From Vicugna vicugna (Eukaryota): 64,000 nt of DNA. The translations under genes and the position numbers were made by a program. The DNA lies in the NCBI GenBank assembly GCA_013265495.1, contig MU057781.1:248001-312000 (forward strand). The letters are read 5' to 3'. Numbering within the stretch: the stretch's first letter is position 1; each line of letters starts with the position of its first letter. Under the pieces are notes generated by a model. It searched no databases, was not told the DNA's origin, and worked only from the letters and a program-made list of their open reading frames with translations. Below are positions 46,800-58,900 of this stretch, piece after piece.

Positions 46800-47770
46800 C
46801 CCGCTGGACGTGTCTTGGAGATGCGGCTCATTCTAGGACCGTGGCAGGAAACACACAAGATGAGCCTGGGGCACCTTGTAGGGCCAGAAAGTGAGAAGAT
46901 GCTCAGGGAGACAGCAGCCCCCAGTGATGGGGGCGCCAGGGGCCGGGAGTCCTGGGGAAGCTCCCAGGGGCCAGAGCTGGAACAGCACGAGCAACACCAT
47001 AAAGCAGTCCTGGGCCATAAGCGAAGGTGCGAGCTGAGCGAGTCCATGCAGACACAGATACACAAGAAAGTCGAGAAGCCTCCCGTGTGAAAGGCTCCCA
47101 AGGAGCCCCCACAGGCCGCCCGCCCCTACGGCGGGCGGGGCCGCCGCTCACTCCGGGCGGGCTGGCGCAGGGCCTCTACCCAGAGAGTTAGGGCTGGAGA
47201 AGGAGGAAGAAGAAGAGGAATCTTATGCGGTAGAAGCCTAGCAAACACCTCCTCGGGCCATAGGACCAAGGTTACCGTGAAGGATGGTGAGCCCTGCTGC
47301 CGGCGCGGAGCCCTGCTCGGGAGTGACGAGGACGGCGCTCTGCCCTGTGGTCTTCCTCCCAGTCCAGTCAGGAGCAGAGCATGTCTCGCCTCAGGGAACT
47401 CTGCAGGCTGCCTGGTCAGCGCTCCTCAAAGCTGCCAAGGTCATCAAAGGCGAGGGAAGTCAGAGAAACTGCCGCAGCCAAGAGGCATCTAAGGAGACAT
47501 GAGACTAAATGTCATGTGGTTTCCTGGGTGGGATCCTGGGCCAGGAAAAGGGCATTAGGGGGAAACTGAGGCTCTGTGAATAAAGCATGGACTTCAGTTA
47601 ATAACGGTTCTGTGAGCGTTTGTTCACTGACTTTGTCAAATGAACCACATGCCTACCAGGTGTTAATAATAGGACAAACGGAGCCTGAAGGAAAAGGGGA
47701 CTGTCTGTACTGCCTTGGCAATAATTCTGCACATCTGAAACTCTTCTACAAGTAGGAGTTTATTTTTTTT
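46800..47770 (+). mobile_element. L1MC1/L1MC2-like 3' end
   Basis: Diagnostic blocks: CATTCTAGGACCGTGGCAGGAAACACACAAGATGAGCCTGGGGCACCTTGTAGGGCCAGAAAGTGAGAAG, CTCCTCAAAGCTGCCAAGGTCATCAAAGG...CAGCCAAGAGGCATCTAAGGAGACATGAGACTAAATG, and GGTGTTAATAATAGG. Subfamily is from recalled consensus. Confidence 0.8.
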
Positions 47771-47779
47771 AGTTACTGA

Positions 47780-49465
47780 ATAAACTAAGCACAGAATCAG
47801 CGACCTGTGAGAATATCACATGGTCTACATTTTGTGTCATTAACTTCCCAGAAGAAGAAAAGAGAGAGAGTGGGGTAGGGAGAAAGATCTGAAGTGTAGT
47901 GGCTGGGCATCTTCCCAATTTGATGAAAATAAAAAGGAATACACAAATTTAAGGAGTAAAATAAATGCCAAGTATAATCAACTAAAAAAAAACCCATAAT
48001 TAAACACATCATGGCCAACTGATGAAAACATAGATAAAGGAAAAAAATCTAAAAAGCAAGGGGAAAATACACATTCTATGCAGGGGAGCAATGGGAAAAA
48101 TAGCTGCTGACCTCGAGTCCTAAACGAAGCCAGGAGGACAGGGGAGCTCCACTGAGAGGGCTGAAATAAACCTGCCAAGTTAGAGCTCTGGGTTCAGAAA
48201 AAAAAAAAGTGGAATAAAGACATCTTCCAATAAATGAAAGTGGAGAGATTTTATAGCCAACAGACTGGACACCTGCAGACAAGATACAGAAGGAAGTCTG
48301 AGCCCTCAGGAGCCCTGGGCCCGTAGGTAGGAAGGAGGAACATCAAAACACAAATAGATCGTAAAAACACTTTTCTCTTTTCTTAATTACTTTGAAGACG
48401 AATAACTGTTCACAAGTTAATAGCAATGACTAGCAGGTTTATATGTGAAGTGAAGTAAAACACATGACAACATTAACAAAGGATAAGGGGAAAAGAACTG
48501 ATGTAGGATTCTAACATCCTATGTGAAATGTTCTAACCTTAATTCACCATCGGTCAAGAGTTATGAATGCATATTATATTCTTAGACCAATAGCTGAAAT
48601 TTTAAAATTAAAAGAATATGTAAGAGTATGATTTTTAAAAATAGATGAATAATCCAGAGGCAGAAAGGAAGGAATAAAAAGCAAATAGGATAAGTGAGAG
48701 AAACGAGCAAGATGGTAGACTTAAAACCATGTCAACAATTACACTAAATGTAAATGGCTTAAACAACCTTAATAAAAGGCTGCAATTGTCAGACCATATT
48801 AAAATGAAAACTACAGAATCCAGCTACATACTGTTAACCAGGATGATGACTGACTCTAAAGGAGGGAGAAAGTCAGCACCCTGAGCACAAGAACCCAGGT
48901 CAGTGTTTCTGCAAGAATCAGGCCGCTTCTAGGCAGTGTTCCCAGAGGTGCAGAGGGTGTTTCCTAAATAACAACAGGATTAATTCATCAAGACAGAATC
49001 GTCATAAGGCTTAAGCTCCTCATAACTGAACTGCAAAATACAAAAGGCAAAAATAAAACAAAATTTAGGAGAAACAGGCAAATACACAAACAATAGAACC
49101 AGTTAAAAAAAATGGCCAAGGGCAGAAAAGATTTGACTGACATCATCGACCACTGTCACCTCACTGACATTTCAAGTGTACATGCAACGTTCATAGCATA
49201 CATTCTGTTTGATAACACACGGTTCTTCATGTCTGAAGTTTAAAAACAGGTCAAACTGACTTATGGGATAAAAATTCAAAGAGAGGCAGCCTCCAGGGGT
49301 TGGGTGGGGGGGATGGGTGGGGGACAAGCAGGAAGAACCCCTCTGAGATGGTAGAAACATTCTGCTTGTAATCGAGTTACGGGTCACACAGGTATGTATT
49401 TTCACCAGAGCTCCTCAAATGTGCACTTAAGATCCCTGCGTTTCATAGCAGGTAGATTAAAATTT
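47780..49465 (+). mobile_element. Old L1 (L1ME/L1MD-like): end of ORF1, start of ORF2 endonuclease, then 3' UTR
   Basis: Seen: ATG at 48729 reads MSTITLNVNGLNNLNKRLQLSDHIK, matching the L1 ORF2p N-terminus (recalled SIITLNVNGLNxPIKRxRLxxWIK). An L1ME-type 3' UTR lies at ~49215-49465 (GTTTAAAAACAGGTCAAACTGACTTATGG...GTGCACTTAAGATCCCTGCGTTTCAT). Confidence 0.75.
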
Positions 49466-52199
49466 AGATAGTGTAATATATGGCACAACATAACATACAC
49501 AATCGGCTAAGATTTTCTGTAACTTCACACTCAGGGGCTGACTCTTCTAAATCTCTTTCAAATCTGAGTCTCTAGCAAACGATACACAATCAATCCATTA
49601 AACATAAACACGAATTTATGTCCGTGTTTTCCAGACACGCCCTCCTTCTGTGAGATCAGGTGCCTTGGTGAAGCAAGGCTCCTGAAACACAAGCAATCGA
49701 GGTTCACAAGCTTTGGCCTGGCCCCGGTGGGCGCCCTGCTCTGCTGGGCCGGCCGGAGCTCGACTCTGGTTTACGCTGGACATGCCTGCCTCACCGCCTC
49801 CTCACCCGCTGCCACAACCGTCCAACCCTGGGGGTGAGACGCTAGCCTCTCTGTCTCCGAGATGTGACGTCAAGCTTCTGACACCCCCTTTGTAACGCTT
49901 GGGGCTGGCTTGTCACGTGTGCATGACTGCCACCTGGCCTGTAGCCTTTGTGAGAGCGTCGCCATTCCTCACTTTCAAAGAACTCTAAAAGTGGAGGGGA
50001 AAGTTCTCAGAAGCAAACAAATACAGGAATACTGTTTGAATCAAAATGCCTTTAATATTAACAAGAGAGACACGTGCCTCCCAGAGGAGGGGCCGGGGCA
50101 CAGGAGGAAGGGGTGAGCGAGGCTGACACCCAGAGAGCTCCTCCATCAAGGAGGAGGGGAGCTGGAGCCCCAAAACCAGGTCACGTGTCACCCCCAGGGG
50201 CCCACTGGGAAAAGGCAGAGGTCTCGCCCGGGACCTGCTGATGCCTTGAAACAAAACTAGGGGTTGGGGCCGCAGGCCGGGAGCGGGCGGCTCGCAGTCC
50301 TTCCGCAGCCAAATCCCACCTCGCCAACACTGGAGCACTGAGCCTTGTGGCAGGGTGGCCCTGAACCCGTCCCCATCAACTGCCTCTCCCGGATCACCCA
50401 GCACAGCAGGCAGCAAAGGGGGCCGCGACTGCGACGCTTTGTTGGTGCTTGTGGAGCAGGAAGCGTGCACCTCCCGGCCCCTCGGGGGGCTTCCCTGCGC
50501 AGCTCTTACCAAGCTGCCTCTGAGACTCGTCCACCAGGTCCCCTCTGCCCGGGGCCCGTCCCAGCCCTGGGGGCACGCAGCCCGAGGACCTCACCCGAGA
50601 AGGCACCTGAGGCCTAAGCCAGGAGAGTATTTACACATACCCAGCAAGGGGGCTGGGGGCCGGGAGGGACCAGGCGGTGAGCACCTGGGATGGGCGGCGG
50701 CCCTCCCAGTCACCCCAGGCTCCCCAGAGCCGGGCTGAGCCTGGCCGTGCCGCCCGGCCGCCGCCCAGTCCTGGGAGGACGGCGCCGAGCGGGGCTCCCC
50801 GCCGGCTGCTCCCTGGCCCCGCCCTCACTCTGGAGCTATGCTGCCGTGACCGCTGGAGCCGGAGAGCCGTTTACAGACAGCCGTGGGGTTGCCAGCTTTT
50901 CTCCGAGCCTGGGGCATGTGTTTGTGTTATCTAACGGCAGCCAGTGGCAGAACCCAACGTGCGGAACCAACAGTCCGCAGTCCGCAGTCCGCAGCACTCC
51001 GCTCGGCCCCGCTCTTCCGCCAGTGGCTGGAGCCTGGAGGACAGGTTTACAGGGACGTGGAGAAACAGGCGTCCGCCACCTAGAATTCAACCCTGCTCTT
51101 TGCCACCAGGAGTAAACAAACGGACGGGCTTCAGGACGGGAACATGAAAAAAGTTCATTGGGCCCTTTTCTGTGAAACGTCAAAGTGGAAAATTATCTGA
51201 TTCCAGCAGAATGTGCGAGCAAGCCTTGTGAAACTAGTAGATCAAACAGAGACACGTTCAAACCACGGACCCTCGGACTGGAGACAGCCCTGAAGATGTT
51301 CCCCCACGAACATCCTTCAGGAACAGCCAGAGCGAGGCACTTACTCAAAATGCCCCAGTGGCGGTGGATTCAGGGCTGGACCCAGGCCTGAACCCTCCTA
51401 GCCCAAACACCGAAGCCCCAGCCAGCCCTTTGGCTGTGCTGGGTTTGGGGCTGTTCCCAGGCCTACCCCTCACTCCCAGGGGACCAGCACTGGGGGCACA
51501 GCGTCCATAGGAGTGACCTGAGTCCGTCCTGGCCCTCCCCACACACACACCTCTGAGATCGCGGGCTTTCGACACCCTGTGGCGGGAAGCCGGCCCCTCG
51601 GAGCCGGCAGGCCTCACCCTCCCTCCCTGCCCCGTCCTGGCCAGGACCTCCACTCCGCCCACCCCGTGTCCCCAGCTGGGTGGTGGACTGACCGACCTGG
51701 CAACTGGCGCTTCAGCCTCCACCCCGACGGCCCTGAGCTGGACGCCTTCCCCACAGGGGCACCCAAATGCCTGTGAGGTCTCTTGTCTAAGAGCAGCTTG
51801 CATCTCAGACTCAAGATGCCCCAGCAGCTCCAGGCACTTCCTCTGCAACCGGCTGGCCCGTGGCCCCTGCCAGGCCTGCCCATCCGTTTGCTCCCCAGGG
51901 AGGAAACGCGGCGGGTCTGACTGGGATTCCCCAAGAGAAGTCCGCACGGCTGCATTGTCGTGACAGTCCAGAGATGCTCGGAAGGGTCCTGTCAGAGAGC
52001 AATGTGGATAAACTCAAATCCCCCCCAGTGCGGCCTGAGCTGCTCTTCACTCGCCCTCACGCCCGCTGAGCCCGCTCGCCCGCGGTGGCCGCTCCCAGCC
52101 CGCTCCTGTTCCGCCCTGGGACCAGCCAGCCAGTCAAGGCCACGACCATCTCCTCTGTCTCACACGTGGAATTTACTGAGACAATCGGGACCGCGATTG

Positions 52200-52500
52200 C
52201 CTTTCATAATCTGATCAATGAAAACCTACTGGGGGAGAGACAGTGTTTTAAAAAGTAATTGTTTAAATGAACTTGATATTTTTATTGCAAAAATATATCA
52301 CAACATGGCTGGATTTTCACTCTGTGACCACAAACATTATTCAAGTGATTCATGGAAGGGCTAATGACAGACACTGCTGTCTTTTAAATAATCCAATAAA
52401 AAGCAAATTAACGCAGGGCAGATGCCGGTCGGGAGTGCGCTCACAAAGTAATGTATTCATTCACTGTAATGAAATTAGTTAAATTCTGTCTAACTTTGTT
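52200..52500. promoter_or_regulatory. Candidate conserved enhancer with PBX-HOX and MEIS motifs
   Basis: Seen: AT-rich island with TGATCAAT 52212-52219, TGATTCAT 52346-52353 and TAATGACAG (TGACAG 52365-52370). Conservation and function are untested. Confidence 0.45.
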
Positions 52501-53669
52501 TTTGTTTTTAAACGCGATGCCAGCGGCATTTCTCACCTCTCCTCCTGCCTTCCCAGCTGTGTTACAACCTACGACCTGGGTCAAAACCACAGGCAGCGGC
52601 GTGGACGAGGCCCTCCGGGGCCGCTCCCGCCGCGGGGCAGGGAGGCGGAACTGGGCCGTCTCACCATCCCAACCAGCGCTGTGCCCTGGGGACAGCCAGC
52701 TGCGGTGTCCTGGTTCATTCAGCAGGAACTCCTTCAGGGCAGCAGGGCCACAGAGGGGGAGCGAGGGGGCAGGAGGGTCAGGGACCCCGCGTTCCCCAGC
52801 CTGGTCTGGAGCCTGGTGCCTGGAGGGGCGTGGGTCTCCAGCAAGACATCGAGACCAGACCCTGGTTCCACCATCACCAGGGATTCGCCATGTGGCTCAT
52901 CTCATAGCCGCTCAGAGGGACGGCCAGTTCTCTCTGTCACCTACTCCAAGAAGCTGACGTAGCACCTGGCCCGCCGCTGGGTTGCTAGGAAACGCCAGTG
53001 AAACGCAGCGGCCGCTCGGGCGCCCAGAGCCCAGATGGTGCTCTTTGCTCCCCCACCTCCCGCACTCGTCTCCGGGCAAACCTGCCCCGGGGCTGCCCCG
53101 TGTCACCCTGTCAGTTCTTGTTGTGCAAGACGTAAACATCAAGGCGTAGACCTGCCCAGTAAACGCCACAGAAAGGAGAACGGGGAGGGGCTTCAGGGGG
53201 CTGGTCAGGGCGGCTCCTCCAGAGAAGGGGGTCCACGCGGCCTCGGGTGTGCGGAGCTCCCGGCCTCTGCTGAGCTCCGCGTCCAGCCAGGGACAGCAGG
53301 CAGGCTCAGGGCATCTCCACGCGAGGAGCGGGAGGCCGGGGCTCCCGGGGCTCCTGCAGACCTAACAGCAGCGTGCCTGTGGGCAGGCATGGCGCTCAGG
53401 AGAAGGTGCTGGGAGCAGGCGGCCGTGTCCGCCCCGGCTCTGCTCTGCACTAACTGTCCGACCCCCCGCCAGTTCTTCTGCCTCCCTGTGTCCCCCCAGG
53501 GAAGAGGAGACGAGGCAGAGCCGCCTGCTCCACAGGGCCGTTGTGAGGAGGCAGGGCTCACACACAACAGCCTAGGACGGCCCCGCACATGAGGAGCGCT
53601 CGGTAGATGTGAGGCATCCGCTCGACCAGGTATGTTCTTCTCTCCAATCACCCAAGCCTTCCCTGCCCC

Positions 53670-53930
53670 CACCACCAAGCACACGCTGGCCTCCGGGCCT
53701 TTGCACCTGCTCCTCCCTCCGCAGGGAGCCCACCCGCCGGGGTCAGCATGGCAGCTCCTCAGTCTCCCCGCGTCTCTGCTGCGACGTGCCTGGGTCGGTG
53801 CGGCCTCCCGCCCCCCTGCGGGAAACCGTCCTGCTGTCACCCCCAGCCCACCCAGCCCATGGCCTTAGTTTTTAGATATTTCTTTACTTCACACAGTGCT
53901 TACTGTTATCTGACACAGTAAATACCTCTT
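53670..53930 (+). mobile_element. L2 (L2a-like) remnant
   Basis: CAAGCACACGCTGGCCTCCGGGCCTTTGCACCTGCTCCTCCCTCCGC...CACAGTGCTTACTGTTATCTGACACAGTAAATACCTCTTGTTT matches the recalled L2a 3' end. Confidence 0.7.
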
Positions 53931-53949
53931 GTTTAAAGTAAAGCAAAAA

Positions 53950-55900
53950 CGGGCTTCTTAGGCCAAAGAGCCACTTACGCCTGAAACTGGATCATTGGGA
54001 GCAAGAGAAAAATAAAAGAAAACACAAGGCACGTGTCAAAACTCACAGGGCTTAGTCGGCCACGCACTCAGAGGAAGTTCATAGCTTTTAACACTCCTGT
54101 TATTTGAAAATAAGAATAAAAGTAAACTAAGTCTTTAGCTCAAAACCTAGAAAAGTAAAAAATACACCTAAATAAAGTGACATAAATGACAAAGTTAAAG
54201 ACAATTAAATAAACAAAAAATAATAGGACTTGTGAACAGGCTAAGCGCTCACGTCAGTAAAACTGAAACTTCCTGAATACCATCCCTTAGCAAGGGGAGG
54301 AGGGCAAACAGCAGAGCAGAAGCGGAAGCTGCAGCTGCAGGTAAACGCGAAAGAGTTTAAAAGTCTCAGTGAAATGGTGAACATTCCAGGAAGACAGGAG
54401 TCACCAGCGGGGACCCCTGGAAAGGGCTGGAAAACCCATCAGACAGACGAGCAGGAGACCCTCCGTGGAGCCGACACCACGATTTCAGTCCAAGCTGAAG
54501 CAGGACGCCGCCCGTGCTCTTTCCACTGTCCCGCGGCAGCAAGGGTGCATCTGAGTCACGCAGCCGGCGTGGAAGCAGGAACAGAGCCGACGGCGCGCGG
54601 ACGAGGACGCAGCACCCACCGCCACTGCTCTGCCCGGTGCCCACGGACATCGCGGGGAGGACGGTGCCCTGGAGCAGCAAGGCCCGGCACCATCAGGAAA
54701 CAGGCAGATGGAATCCATCCTGTCAGTGGGATTTTCGTAAAAGTTCTCGCCAATTCCTAAAACATCATGGGTAAGTTCTAATGTTCATTTTTTATAAAGT
54801 TCAGAATAAATGGAACAAACTTTCTTAACGTGACCAAATTCTGTTCATTTATCTCTAACTAAACACCAGCGTCACATGTGACCCTGGACGTTAGGGACAA
54901 TACAGTCCAGAGCTGGACACGTTCCTGCTGTCACTGAAACTTACCGTCACCCCTCAAATGCCACCCAGCGGTACATTTCACAGGATAGGCTGAAGGACGT
55001 ACATAGGAGGCTGGAGGCGGGACGTGTGGTGAACCACGGAGGACGTGCGTACACCTGCCTACTTGTAAATCCGTGAAAACACGCTGAAACTACAAAGAGT
55101 AACAGTGTTCTCATGTATCACAACCGCCAGCAAAAATCAGAAGGAAAATTCTGCATTAGCGATGGCAGTAAATAATAAGTTACATACATCTCCATGCCCA
55201 CATACGTTGTTTGTAATTGGGTAAAAAATGAAATTTTTGAAATGTCAAAGGCGGGTGATTTATTAAATGCATTTCGTTGTGCTAGTCAACGGTTAACCCG
55301 AAAATGTGAGTATGTATCTACGGGTGTGAGGAAAGCGCCCCATACGCTGCAAAGAACGCCCGGCTGTGCGGCGCGGTGCGTCCCCCTCTGCCTCTTTGGT
55401 GACGCCTGGAAGACTGTGAACCAAACACGAACAGCGGTCTCCCGACTCTCTGTGCTTCTGTATACATTTTCAACATTAAACATGAGTCTCCTTTGTAATT
55501 AAAAATAATTTTAAATAAATAAGACCAAAGTCCTGAGGCCACACAGGTTCACTGCAGGAAACACCAACACAGAAGAAATAATGTGGCGCTGCACCCAGTT
55601 AGTCACAGCGGAGGCCTCGTGGGCGATGCGCATGAGGCTGGGGTCCTTTTGGATTCTGTAGCTAAGGAGCCACCAACAGTCAGACTCCAGGAACTCAGGG
55701 CGACAGCAGAACCGTCTGCAGCCGCGTCCTAACCAGCATCAAACAGCCTCACCAGAGATTTCAGTGCGTGATTTTTAAAAAGCAGGCCTCAGCGTTAAGA
55801 GAAAAATCAAAGAAACAGAACCCCAAACTGTACACAACGCAAGCTCTGTTCTGGTGGCAAGGAAAGCGGTGTCCGTGTGGGTGGGTGCGTACGTCTGTCT
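53950..55900 (+). mobile_element. Highly decayed L1ME-like fragments (ORF2 linker, RT, 3' UTR)
   Basis: GAAAACACAAGGCACGTGTCAAAACTCACAGGG...CTCAGAGGAAGTTCATAGCTTTTAAC...CTCAAAACCTAGAAAAG resembles the ORF2 linker. Later patches resemble RT and 3' UTR. Internal boundaries are uncertain. Confidence 0.5.
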
Positions 55901-58900
55901 GCACCGACACCCCGCACTCCTGCACCTCTCGTGAACCCGGCAACCGGGAGCCCACCCGCTCCCCACAGCCCCTCGGCCCGCGCCCCCCACCAGAACGGAC
56001 GCAGGTCTCACCTCCGTCCCCCTCAGGGTCGCCCCCCCGCCCCGGTCAGGGAAGCTTTTCGCTCTAGGGAGGACCCTCCCGAAGTGTTTCACATCCACCC
56101 ACGTTGTCAGGACCCGGGTCCCCTTGCGGTTGGCCGACTGTTCCAGGCTCTTTGTCCTGGGGCCATCTGTCCTCTCACCCTTGCTGGACGTGAGGACCAC
56201 AGGTCGTGCGGCGGGTCCCCTCCAGGCCCAGACAGGGCGCCTCCTGTTCCCCTCCCAGCAGGTCTCCGTCGCCCCTGTGGAACCTGTGGACGTCAGGGCG
56301 TCCCCCGTCTGGCGCCGGGTCCACAGGCCTGGCCCCTCCTGGGTCTGAAGTTTCGCCTGCATGACATGCCCCCGCCCCGCCGAGGAGCAGCAGTGCGAGG
56401 CCCTTCGAGGCCCTTCTGGAGGCTCCCTACCAGGAGAGCACCTGCGCCTGCGCGTCTGGGAGGCCCCGTCCGCCCCCAGCTGGCCCCGGAGTCCCTGCCG
56501 AAGGCCCACACGCGTCTCCCCAAACTGCCCCGGAGGCGGCTCAGGAGAGCTTGGCCACACATGCTCTGACGCTGCAGCTGACCTCTGACCTGCGGGCTGG
56601 AAAGGCAGCTGGCCCACCCCGCACGGCTCCCTGGCTCCGCACGTCTCTCGGAGCAGCATCGAGGGCAGGTGTCCTGGCAGAGCCGGGCTGCGGGCACATT
56701 GGGGCCAGCGGGCCGGGTCTGCACACACGCTGTCCCTGCCGTGCGCCTGCGCTCCCGCCGTCTGGCTGTCCCCGTGTCCGTCCACCCACGTGCGCCCCCA
56801 CGGCCACCGGGAGGCCTCGCTGCTCTGGGTTGCCTCTCTGCCCTCTTCCCCTTGGGACAGAAAGCCTTTCCCTCCCATGTCTCGTAAGTCTGGGGCTCTC
56901 TGACCCCCACTCCCTTCCAGGAGCTCGGCCTGGTCTACGAGGCGCCTGCCTCCTGCCAGCTTCTCCTGGGAACTGCTTCGCGCGCGCTCCTTCAGCCGCC
57001 CTCCGGGACCCGTTGCCCAGGCTGCCCACAGGGTGGCCCTCAAGGCCAGGGCCTGGGTCATCCCTCAAAAGGTCCAAGAAACCTGGGCCTGAAGGAGAGT
57101 TCGGGTGGTTTTCAGCAAAGTGGGCGGGGGTTTGGGAACGTCCTGTCTGTACCAACCAGGGCGCTCAGACATCCCTGTTCACCCCTGTGACCCGCTCACC
57201 GCCTGGGCCGCCGTCGCTCCGCCTCAAGGCTGAGGGAGGCAAGGCTGAAACCTTGTGGGGGGAAAGCCTTTCTCACGTGCCCAGGGCCGCAGCACACAGA
57301 TTGTGCTGACACTGGAGAGCAAAGCTCAGAAGGACCTGGCTTCTCCTGGAAGCCACGCAGAACGGGAGAGAGTCCGGGCATCGGAGGTCAAGCTGCAGGA
57401 GCGGGACGTTAAACAGCAGCAGCGCTCACTCCTAGGCAGTGGGAAGTGAACAGAACTACCCACGTCGCTGAACGCAGCGGTGGTGCTGGGGCAGCTGGCT
57501 GACGTCTGAGCAAGTGCTTGTGTCAAAAATGCCAAGTCGTGGTCACAGTAGGATGGAAAGTGCCAGCAAACACATTCATCCACTGATTCAGCAAAGAGCT
57601 GAACGTGCACCAGGTGCTGGGACTAACATGCTCGGGCTCATGCAGACTTCTCTAAGGGCGCCCTTCCCGCTGGTGGGGCCAAACCCAGCTTCACTCCTGG
57701 CAAGAACCGTGTCCTGTACTTCCCTTCAGGCTGGAGAAGCCACACACACCTTACCCGCTCTCCTTAGAGGCCAGCCTCCGTTGATTAATTTTTAAGCTTT
57801 GCCTTACCCTCAACCAAGTTTTAAAATGATGCATAGCTAAATTATAATTAAATCAAATGCGTCATGTTTGCAAAGAGATAGAAACATACAGCACATTGCA
57901 ACACAGGTACCCAGGAGGGGGCGTACCGGCCATCTTAAGTTAAATAAATGAAAGGTTTTTTTTTTTTTTCCTAGCAATTAAGATGGTAGAATATTCTTGG
58001 TTTCTGTAATTGCTTTGTGACAGTTCTTAGCAATTATACCCCCTCACCCCTAAAACAGCATTCAGGGTAGGTGCACACTTGAAGCGAAGTCCTTGGCCGG
58101 GTGAGGAGGCGGGGCCTATAGACACGGGCACCGTCTTTACGGAACTAGTGGTCCCAGAGGGGACACTTAAATACACAAGATGCTCTTCAAGGCAAAACAA
58201 ATTGACCCAAGAGCAAAGAACCAAAAGGAGGGTCACAGGTACAGGGCACTGACTGGGGGCCAGTTTGCCCCCTCCTGAGACAAACGCAGACTAAATGCTT
58301 CCATCTGTGTAACCGGCGTGTTTATCACACGAAGCACGTCGGTCGGGCCTGGATGACTTCACACCCAGGAGCATCGTTCAGGTCTCACCTACAGAGCCCA
58401 GCACATCGCAAAAGCAGACGGCAAAACGACCTCACATTTTTCAGCAGTAGCGATGCTTGAATTTTGCCCCAATGTGGAGAAGGACGTGTTCGCCCAGGTG
58501 GCCAGCAGGCGCGGTGGGACGCGCGGTGAAGGCCTCGCCCTAGAACACGGAGAGGTGTCACGTGGCTTCCGCGGTGAGTGCTTCTAAACCCAGTGCACAG
58601 AGGATTTCAGAGCTTTCACTACTTAAAAAAAAAGTATCTTGTCATTGTCACAAGCAGAGGGAAACTCAGAACTGTTGAAAGGAGCCCATGAAATGACACT
58701 GAAGGCCAAGGAACATTGCAAATGCGCTGTTTTTGCAGAGTGGAAGGAGAAATTTCATCGGAAGGCTCGCATGTGCCAACTTTCCAGGCACGTCTGCTCT
58801 GCACATCACTGCCCTCGGCCTCAGCCCAGCCTCTCTCTCCCGCCAGCACCTCTCAGTGAGCCGCTTACAAAGGCAGGTGGGGGGACGCCCGCGTCTCGGG

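Noticed and set aside
46782-47090. 102-aa ORF with natural-looking charged composition
   Set aside because: Lies within the L1MC1-like 3' UTR sequence.
50971-50994. (CAGTCCG)x3.4 tandem repeat
   Set aside because: Short simple repeat with no supporting context.
3850-52500. Naming the locus from the enhancer-like islands (e.g. a TSHZ/SALL/EBF/IRX-type neighbourhood)
   Set aside because: I do not recognise any island as a specific known element. Naming a gene would be a guess without an alignment.
55775-57061. Longest track ORF (428 aa, minus strand)
   Set aside because: Arg/Gly/Pro/Ala-rich with no recognisable domain. Long ORFs overlap in other frames on both strands, as expected when stop codons are rare in very GC-rich DNA.
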